64,000 nucleotides of DNA. It comes from Nymphaea colorata (taxonomy: Eukaryota). This document shows, piece by piece, positions 54,173 to 64,000 of this stretch; positions within the stretch are counted from its first letter, which is position 1; each line of letters starts with the position of its first letter. Under the pieces are notes generated by a model that saw only the letters and a list, made by a program, of their open reading frames with translations, was not told the origin of the DNA and ran no database searches. A program made the translations under genes and the position numbers. The stretch spans positions 23,312,001-23,376,000 of the forward strand of contig NC_045138.2 in NCBI RefSeq assembly GCF_008831285.2, written 5' to 3'.

Positions 54173-57100
54173 TTATTCCACTTTAATCCCTTGTTCTCCC
54201 TTCCCTTTCAAATTAATTGCTGTCAATTCGTGCTCAACAAAGTTCCCTGCATAAACAGCTGGATATTTGTTCGAAAGAGGCGAGTCTGCAAAGTGGCCCA
54301 GGGGTTTCAACATAGCATCTGATGCAACGTGTGCAAACAACTGTGAACAGAAACAGGATAAAAATTTAAGAAAGTGGAGAAATCAATCTGGAAACTGGGT
54401 TGCATCAGACCTAATATTTTCAAACTCAGCAAGGGTAAAGTGCACTGGATGGTGAACTTTATCATATCTGATCTGCCACACCTCAAAATTGATGGTGACA
54501 CATTGGGTTGAAGATTCATCTTTAATTATATATGTTACATGTGAAATTTTGTAATGAAACGTGCTGGATAAATTCTGCAGCATATGGTTCAAGAGCTTAC
54601 TGTTGATGAGACCCTCCACAGACTACGATTGTCCTGTTGGGCAGCTTCAATAGCAGCAATGGTCCTTTTACTTACAACAACTTCATGCATGCCAGCAAGA
54701 CATTCACCTCCAGTCAGATATTCCATCTGGAAATGGAGATGAACTTGATGGAAGTCATATCCAACAGCATATATGGAAATGTGTATCCATGCCTACATTA
54801 CACAGACTATAAAAAACTCAAATTGGCAAGATCAAATGTTACCTGCTTCCCTGCCTGTATCAAGAGACACCCCACAGGGACTTTTACTTCCACTTTCTTA
54901 CCATTTCTCAACCAGATATTTAGGCCAGGAAACCTGCTCCGGCCATGAATAGTCAAGAAGTTGAGGTCATAATGGTATCCTGCAAATACTGTTCCTTCCC
55001 TGCCATGCTTGCGAAGATTACTTCCTGTTGGAGCAAGCAGATGAGGACCCTGGTGATGGAGAGGAATGAGGAGACAATTAATCCAACAACCATGGAACAA
55101 TGAAGAAAGAAAACAATTGACAAGGGGTTCTTCCACAGTAGTAACACCAAAATATCATGTAATGCAAGACAACAGAAAGTGGAAGACGTGGGTCCTAATT
55201 TCTTTAGCGTTCAGCATCTGCATGAAAACTTTGTCAAATTTTACACAGAGAAGACTGTGGAGAAAGGTATGCATCAGAAACAAGCTCTTAAAGAGCTTTA
55301 GCAAGACAATAAAAGCTCACAATTCACAAAAAAATCACAAAAGCCCAAAAGGAGAACAAAGTTTACAAGAGCAAACCACTCACAAAGTGCACATATCACA
55401 TGCAAAGTGCTTAAGAAAGACCGTCCTGAAGGACCAGCACCTGGGCTAGTACAATGGTTAGTATAGAAGTCTTGAGCTTATCCAATGCAAAGACAAAGAC
55501 AAAAGGTCCTAGGACAAACAAGAAGCACAAACAGACAGACAGACAAACATACACATGTATAAAGAAAAAGGAACAAAAACTGGTGTCTACCAGAATAGTG
55601 CCTGCCAAATGCATCCTGCAAACTTTTCCTCTGTAAAAGATAGACTCGCCCATGAATCCTAGACATGGTCCAGACTCCAAACAAGTTTAGCAATAAGCAT
55701 AGGCACAAAACTGGTCAAATATATATAGCACGAAGTAACGGGAGAAACCATCATGCTCCATGTGCATAATCCTATTATAAATTAGAAAGTTCCCCATGGA
55801 TAGAATTCCAACTCACAGGAGTGGAAAATCTCCACATGCATATGTACATATATCCCTCATATGGTTTGTGTGAAGAAACCTATGTCTAGCCTAACCAGAT
55901 TCATGGTCAGAAAGATTATCAAGACAGAACTTTGCAACAATGCTTGACAAGGTTCCAGTTCCATTCATTTCATTTTCACTACTAAAAGATCAAACTTTTA
56001 AAAAAATAAAAAGAAAAGCCAAAGTTGCATGGACCAAGCGGTGATATCATATTACATATCTAAGTGTTGCCTTCATGAAACTAAAGCAAAATTAGATTAG
56101 TTGATTGGATGTAGCAAATGGAAAATATCATAATGATAGATGGTGCTGCACTTTCATATGTCACCTGTTTCATCAAAGAAATGAATGAATCTCTGGGAAG
56201 CCCAAAACCAAGTGCTGCCATTTCAGCAACAGCCTATTGAAGAAAGAAATGATATCATATTGTCATAGAAGTCAAAAAAATATGTTTTTAAGCAAACTCT
56301 GTATGTCCTTACCTCAATTGCAGAAATCATCTTGTATCCCCAGGCATCCATGGTGTCGTTCCATTCAAGGAATCCTTCAGGTATAACAGGTTCTGAATTT
56401 AATTCCTAAGTATAAAATATCAACAATCAGATCATGAAACTATCATCAATGAAAATTTTCCAGGTCAAGGAAAAAATAAGCACCTGAAAGCGAGTCTGAG
56501 TTGGTCGTGACCCCACTCTCCACATGTACCTCCACTTAGGATCTGGACCTCTGGGAACATGTGGTTGGGATTCTTCTGGCATCTGTTCTATTTTCTGCTT
56601 CATTTCTTCATCCACAAAGCTACGAGGAACTTCAACTCCTTCTGGTGTTACACCAACCTATCATGAGTCATAACCCCTCAAAAAAGTAATTAGCATAAGT
56701 GCAATGAAGTATTTTGTTGAAATGAAATATTTATCAGCAAATGAATTCACAATAAGCAAATTCTGTTTTCCTACAATTCTAAAATTGAAAATCTGCTGCA
56801 TCTTTTTCCATAATTTAGAGTGTACAACTTCAAGATTTTGACATAGTTAGAACCAGGAAGTGGTATGGCACAAAAACCTAAGCATGAAATACCATCTTGA
56901 CCCACAAAGCAGGCTACCATAGCATACGTTGAGCCTCAGGAAGAACATACAAAATGAAAATGCAATACACACACACACATATATATATATATTGTTCTCC
57001 CTGCTTCAGTCCTTGAAAACATATATATATTTTCTAAATCTGTGATCAATAGGAAAATCATCATATATATGAGATATAACACAGTAAACAGATTCATGTC

Positions 57101-58859
57101 ATGGTATACCGTTCACACAAGAATATATAGTATATACACATGTATCATGTATGGCCACCTAAATTGTCAAAATCAGAAGTCAGAGACAGGTTGTTCAAAA
57201 CTGCAAAAAGGCTAATCATGATTAGTCAGTCCAACTTGACTCAAGTCAACTGACCGTAAATAAAAAAGATAAATATAATTATACGTAAATAAATACAAAA
57301 ACCTGTATATATATATATAATACCCTTCGTCCAATTGTTTGCAGAAAATCGGCATCAGCATTCTTAATTGAAAGGCCATGAACGGACTCTTTGCCTAGGG
57401 CCAATCAGTTTCTTGGCTGACTCATGACCAGTTCGAGAAGAACCTATTGAACTATTGCAAAAGTCCACAAGCAAAGATCATAGAGCCTGATTGAATACTG
57501 GTTGAATAAGCCACATTTGACTCAACAGCTTCTTCTTCCTTTTCCTCTTCATGGCCAAAAGCCCATCTTCTCATATATATATGAAACCACTTCTCTTCTT
57601 ACAGAATGTAGCCCAATCATGTAAGGCAGCAAAAGGAAGAACAGGCTCGGACATTCAGTCAGTTGCTTTCGCAAGCAGCCTTTATCCTTGCCCCGTGTAC
57701 TTGAAGGCTAAAATGGGTGAACATGAATAGGCTTGATGGCTTCTTATTCAACTGCTGATTCAACATCACGAGATTTTCAAACCCACAAAGCACTCACAAA
57801 GCATAAGGCTTTGCTCACGATGTTTCTTCTCTTTGTTTGTTGCTTCATTTTGCAATTTTCCTTAAGAGAAGTTTTTCGAGTGCTTTGATAAGGTATTCTT
57901 TATATATATAAAAACCAGGGTCATATAGTTAGTGATTACCATATCTCTATTTATTAGAAAGGAATCCGAGATCAAGTTGAGTTCATACAAGCACCTGCGT
58001 GAACGTTCTGAATGCATATAGGAATTATATGACAATCTTAATGCCCAGTATCAATGTACTGCCGGTGGTTATCCACAGGTTGAATATCAAAAATTGACTG
58101 AAAATTTGTCACCTCCATAAGCAAGAATGCGAGAAAAAATGAGGAGTTTCCACATTCTTGGACAAATTATTGGTGGAGGGAAATCTGCAGGACTAATGAA
58201 TCACTAAAAAATGGAGTAAAAAGTTTAGCTGTACGATGTTAGATCACCATGATAAATGTAGTAGCATTAGCGCATCGAACATAATACTATTTACGAAACG
58301 GAAAAGCGCGCACAAACAGGAAGAGGAATAAATTACAAAAAAAAAGGCCCATGCTTAATGACAAATAAAGAAAAAAACATAACGTACACAGACACGCACA
58401 TTAGAAAACAACAAACTGACAAATAAATAGAAATGTATACACAGACACGCACAGTAGAAACAACAAACTTTACAACAACACGCTATGATAGGGGAATAAC
58501 CGAATAAGTAGAAGAAAGAAAACCGTGAATTCACATCAAAGGAAGAAAACAATCCCCCAAACCTGGTAATGGAGATTCGGGCGTTCTTGGAGTCGCTTGA
58601 ATTCATCCGGCATCTCGAAGTATTTCTCCATCATGTCCAGAAACCGGTCGTTGTCGACGACCGAACACCTTGGATCCTTGATCAGCAATGCACCCGTCTC
58701 CTTCAGGCTTCTGCTGACTTCTGAACACAGGTCGCTCAGGCAGGCGCTCAGGCTGACCAGATCCTCAAACAACTTTGGCTTTTCCTCTACGTTGGTAGCT
58801 TCGCTGAACGTAGCAGAGGCATGAAGGTACGGTTCTATGTCGACCACAGGCAGCTCCAT
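54173..58859 (-). CDS. 2-oxoglutarate/Fe(II)-dependent oxygenase (IPNS-like fold), 377 aa; exons 58859-58563, 56657-56484, 56405-56313, 56233-56165, 55049-54843, 54726-54601, 54340-54173
   Basis: All six introns are GT..AG and phase 0. 'MELPVVD' start, HxD ('AGYHYDLNFLTIHG'), distal His ('GMHEVV') and RxS ('WRVSS'). Confidence 0.93.
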
Positions 58860-59210
58860 GGCTGTCAAAAGATCTGACCAACTGGGACGAGAACTGTCAG
58901 ATGCCGATGATGGGCTTCGTCTGCGAGAGAGAGTATCTTGCACGGGAGAGAGAGACAGGACCCTTCCCGCTCATCGAAGTTGGCACCCTATTCAAGTAGT
59001 AAAGAGGAATACTCCTCTACTACTTTCCTTTACGGTTACGGACTCCGTTTGGCTGCCTGTTTTTGTTCAAGAGGGAATGCGGATTCCTCTTCTAAATTCC
59101 GTCTGGCTCCCGGATTCCTCTCGTAGCACTTTCCCTTGGATTCCGGGACAGGACGGAGAGTTGCCATACGGCAGCTAATGGTCGTAGTGTAACTGACCCG
59201 TAAGGTGGCT

Positions 59211-59795
59211 AGGTAGCGTTTGGATCACCTTGAAAAAATGGGTTTTGTGAAAATCTGATTTTGTGAAAATCAATTTTCTTTTTATGAATTTTGAAAACCT
59301 GATCTGTGTGTGTGTTTGAGAAATGAGAACTACCACAAAAGCCAGGTTTTAACTTTTTAATTAAAACCTGGTTTTAGAAGGTGCCTTCAAAAAACTGATT
59401 CCAACTCAATGGTAGTTAATTTATAGTTACTAATGAAGAAAATTGTTTCACAAATGATTTCAAAAAGATGTATAAATAATTCCACTTGTTATCGATTGTG
59501 GAAAATGCCCAAATTCACAAACTCAAACACGAACAAAGTGAAAAATACACAAAATCAAATATGAAGGAGCATAATTACAGAAGAAATATAGAGAAATCGT
59601 GATGCCTCAAAAGCTTTAGGATGACAAATAGAGAATGATGTCCATCCGTTCTAAAAAGCGACCTTTTCAAAGAACCATGTTTTAATAAAACGCTGTTTTG
59701 GATTCACCAAAACATGCTGAAAACCTTGTTTTGGAGGCAAAATGGTGTTTTGACTCAAAAGAAATGTTGTTTTCAGCGTGCATCCAAACGAACCA
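59211..59795. mobile_element. PIF/Harbinger (Tourist-like) MITE
   Basis: Termini GGTAGCGTTTGGATCAC / GTGCATCCAAACGAACC with an AT-rich interior. TSD not clear. Confidence 0.45.
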
Positions 59796-62590
59796 TAAAG
59801 AGTTTGTAATTTGAATCTCGCGGTCATTGTCACGTGACGTTTGATGGTGTGTTACTTCTTTGAGTTGTAAACAGTAACAATGGGTTCACTCAAACTGTGA
59901 AACAAACAAACTAAAGCTTGGACCCATGAGGGTATGATTTTATATCAAACGGAGTTTCTCCAACTCAAATTTTAAAAAATGAAGAAAAAAAGTGATTGAT
60001 GGTTTGAGCTTGATTAGGATTTTCATGCTGGGAAGATACAACGATAGCATTTTGGATTATGGAGGTTTGATTTTTCATTCACTTTTAAGACCCCACAGAT
60101 TTTTTGGATAAAATGTTTCCCTTACTCGAATTTTTCTTTTTGAAATTTTTCTGACCTTCCCTTCAGCCGACGTCGGTGTTTCTCTTAGGGGGGAGGGAAG
60201 GGGGGGCCTGCCTAGGCCATGGCCCCACCCTGGCAAATGAAAAAAAAATTACATTAAAAAAAATATAATTTTTTAAGTGCGCAATGTATTTTTTAGAGTT
60301 GATTCAATTTGATCCTACCCAGATCCAAAGGTTGGACTGTTGGACCGCCCCTAAGAAAAATCATAGCTCCGCCCTTGGTTTTTCTCCCTACACCACTTTT
60401 ACCCTCTTGATCTCTTTCTCGATCTCATGCTATCTCTCCACCAAATCCCCTTGTAGTAACCAGTGGAAGGACATGTGTTTAGAAACATTTATGTCTATAA
60501 AAGTAAATATTAAATTTCTCAATACGAAAATAAATGACCCCCATCCACTGTGCCTACTATCTTCGGTCTCTTGTGCGTGTGCATCCAGGAACTCCTAATG
60601 CTATCAGCCTCATGCACAATTGCAGAGGCTTCTTATTTGATTGGCTCTCTCTCACTTGTGTTATGTCTTTCTCTCCCTTCCCCTATCTTTCCCTGCCCCC
60701 CTTTCTCAATTATTTAATTGTCTCTGCTCCTTTTTGCAAAACCTAAACCTAAAATCTCACCTGCTCACCACAAATTGATCGACGCTGTGGTTGTTGCGCT
60801 CTTTTGATCTCCACTTGATCTCAATTTTAACAGTCATGGTGTTGATCGAGTGATCGGCTCTAGTTGGGATCTAATTTGTCAAAAGATTTCATGATGGACT
60901 TCAGGATCTAAGGAAAGTGTGTTGGAATACTACCACAAAACCAGGTCTAAACTTTCTAATTAAAACCTGGTTTTAAATGGTTTTAGAAGGTGCCTTCAAA
61001 AACTGATTCCAATTAAATGGTAGTTAATTTATAGTTACTAATTAAGAAAATTGCTTCACAAATGATTTCAAAAAGATGTATAAATGATTCCACTTGTTAT
61101 CGATTGTGAAAAATGCCCAACTCAAACACGAACAAAGCGAAAAATACACAAAGTCCAATATGAAGGAGCATAATTACAAAAGAAATATAGAGAAATCGTA
61201 ATGCCGCAAAAGCTTTAGGATGACAAATAGAGAACGATGATGTCCATCCGTTCTAATAAGAGACATTTACAAAGAACGACGTTTTATTAAAACGCTTCTT
61301 TGGATGCACCCAAACATGCTGAAAAACAATGTTTTGGAGGCAAAATGGTGTTTTGACTCCAAAACAAATGTTGTTTTGAGCGTGCATCCAAACGACCCAT
61401 AAAGAGTTTCTCGCGGTCACTGTCACTGTCAAGTGACTTTTGGCGGTGTGTTACCTCTTTGAGTTGTAAACAGTAGCAAACACGACACCCAAGTCAATTG
61501 GTTCACTCAAACTGAAACAAGTCAAATTTTCATGAAGAGTTGTAAACAGTATTAAACAAGACAGCCAAGTCAATTGGTTCACTCAAACTGGAAACAAGTC
61601 AAATTTTCATTTCATGATTGATGGTTTGCGTTTGATTAGGATTTTCATGCTAGGAAGATACAACAATAGCATTTTGGATTATGGAGGTTTGATTTTTTGT
61701 TCATTTCTAAGACCCCACAGATTTTTTGGATCAAATGTTTCCCTTACTGGATTTTTTCTTTTTAAAATTTCTCTGACCTTCCCTTTACCTTTAGCTGACT
61801 TCCGTGTCTCTCTCCTCCTCTTGATCTCTCTCTCTATCTCATGCTCATTCCTTCCACCATTATGCATGGCTGTCATAGGCCCCACCATCACCGACCCACA
61901 TGCATGGCCATCACTGTCGGAGTCAGATAGTTGGAGGGGCACATGTTTACAAATCTATATATGTATAAAAGTAATATTAAATTTATGTAAAAATAAAGAA
62001 ATTTTGAAAGAACTAATGTGGGCAACTGCCTACCTACACCAGCCCACATGTAACTACACCACTGGCCATCCACTGTGCTTACCATATTCGGCCTCCCATG
62101 AATCCCTAATGCTATCAGCCTCCTTGCAGAGGGTTTTTATTTAATTGGCTCTCTCTCACTTGTGTTATGCCTTTCTCTCCCTTCTTCTGTCTTTCCCTGC
62201 CCCTCTTTCTCAAGTATTTATTTGTCTCTGCTCCTCTTTCCTCACCACAAATTGATTGTCGCTGTGGTTGTTGCCCTCTCTTGATCTCCACTTTTTCTCT
62301 CGTTTCTTGCATCTCATCGCTGGTGATTTTTTTGTTGTATTTTGATGTCTGTTCCGCCTTTTCCATTCGAACAAGGAATGTCAAGAGAAAGCAGCTGTTG
62401 AAGTGAGAGAGAGAGAGGCTGCTATTATGGAAGGGACCACTAATGCAATGGTTTGAGAGCTTAGAGAATAAGCTCGTCAATGTTGAACCTTAATTTATCA
62501 ATTTCAACAGTCATGGTGTTGATGGAGCGATCCGCTCTACTTGGGATCTAATTTGTCAAAAGATTTCATGATGGATCTAAGGAAAGTGTT
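59329..62590 (+). repeat. Tandem duplication of a ~1.6 kb unit (59329-60928 and 60929-62590)
   Basis: Both units start ACTACCACAAAA..CCAGG..TAATTAAAACCTGGTTTT and end AGATTTCATGATGGA..GGATCTAAGGAAAGTGT, and are collinear throughout. Confidence 0.92.
60186..60377. mobile_element. Small hAT-type MITE present only in the first duplicated unit
   Basis: TAGGGGGGAGG ... AGCTCCGCCCTTG termini, 8-bp TSD GTTTCTCT / GTTTTTCT, absent from the second unit. Confidence 0.7.
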
Positions 62591-64000
62591 GTACTAAAAC
62601 TACTAAATGCAAGGGTTGTAGAGCACAGCCCAAGTGCACTCTTTTACATTTGAAAGGGACTATATATCCAACTTGTTTTAGGTAAACACAATTTTTTTGC
62701 GCAAAAGAGCAAGTGAAAATGCAGAAAACCATTGCATATAGCACTAGATGATGCAACAGGTGCATATATTTGAAGTTTTTCTAAGTTCATGTAGTTTTTT
62801 TACACTTTACTTTTATTATCTTTTAGGAGGCGTTTGATATAGCCAGTACGAAATTTTAGAATCAAAATGCTCAATTTTTAAAAAATTGAATTTATTAAAC
62901 AAATAAGGTATTTTGTTTCTATAATTAGGAAACTGAAACCTCCAATATGATTCTATTGCAGTTTGAGGAGGAATTACGGTTTTGGAATTTTCACTTGAAC
63001 CAAAATTCCAAATCATCAATGCATAGATGAAGGGTCAAAACATCTACATGTAGGACACAAACCGGCAAACAACTACGTGGATCTTTATTTTGTTTTCCAT
63101 GTAAAATTATACACATTGCATATGTATGGTAGAGAAGTACTTTTTCAAATTTCAGTTTGGATTTATCTTTTTTTCATTTTCTGCTTGTCAAAATTCTTTT
63201 GCTATTTTATTTTAGTTAAACATTTAGGTTGTTCTGTTAAACTTTACCTTTGTGTTGCAAGAAAAGTTAAAAAAAAAAACATTATGTTTCGTGGCAAATT
63301 GTATTGAGTTCAAGGTAAGCAACTTTTCTATTGGTTCAATGTTCAAATAATGAGGAATTGTATCATAAATGAACCATTCACTAAACTTAAGAAATGAAAT
63401 CAGCTTCTGATTCATTCTTCTAACGTCGATCCTTGTATTCTTTTTTGCAATTAACAAAACCATTTTATGTTTTGCCATTGTGAAACTTACAATGTAATCA
63501 TGCATATATGTTTTATAGTAGCATAATTCACTTACTTTCGATAGTTAATCTTTTTTTTTAATTTATTTCTCAAAAGATAATATAACGGGCTATTTACTCT
63601 GGCAACTCCCATTCAATTGGCAAATCATACATTTAGGACCTCTGTTTCAAGTAGGAAGAGAGATTGTTCCATAATTTTGTCTTTATTCATTTGGCAAAAA
63701 AGAAATAGAATGAATTTAATTGTACTGTGGAGAAAAAGTAATAGTATATAAGTTATTTGTTTGATCAATACAAATAATGAGTAGCGACTTGATACTCTGA
63801 TCTGTATATGCAGAAGAACAAAGTGAAATGACCTACATCCTTTCTAAAAGTAATGTGGACTTTATATTTATGTAACTTTTCTATCTTTAAGGGTTAACAA
63901 TGTCAAAAAATGCATGTTTAATATATTGTTGGAGAGCTAACATACTCGGAAAGCTTAACCATCACTTGTACTTTAATAGATATTGGCATTTTAGTATGAA

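Overview
Plant (angiosperm) nuclear genomic DNA, rich in transposable elements. Five host genes can be supported: an intronless five-bladed beta-propeller (GH43/GH32-like) protein, a small secreted Cys-rich thionin-like peptide, psaD, PRP18 (2 exons) and a 7-exon 2OG-Fe(II) oxygenase. The rest is mostly TEs: a Tat/Ogre-like Gypsy remnant followed by a ~2.75 kb inverted repeat, several L1-type LINEs, Copia elements (one internally deleted copy with paired LTRs nested in an older one), a four-level Copia>hAT-MITE>LINE>LINE nest with target-site duplications (TSDs) visible at all three insertions, a TRIM, CACTA and hAT remnants, and a 1.6 kb tandem duplication. The least explained stretch is a decayed, intronless minus-strand reading frame at ~13.6-15.0 kb with motifs resembling a viral cap 2'-O-methyltransferase (candidate endogenous RNA-virus element, unverified). 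All calls were made by eye; no searches were run.
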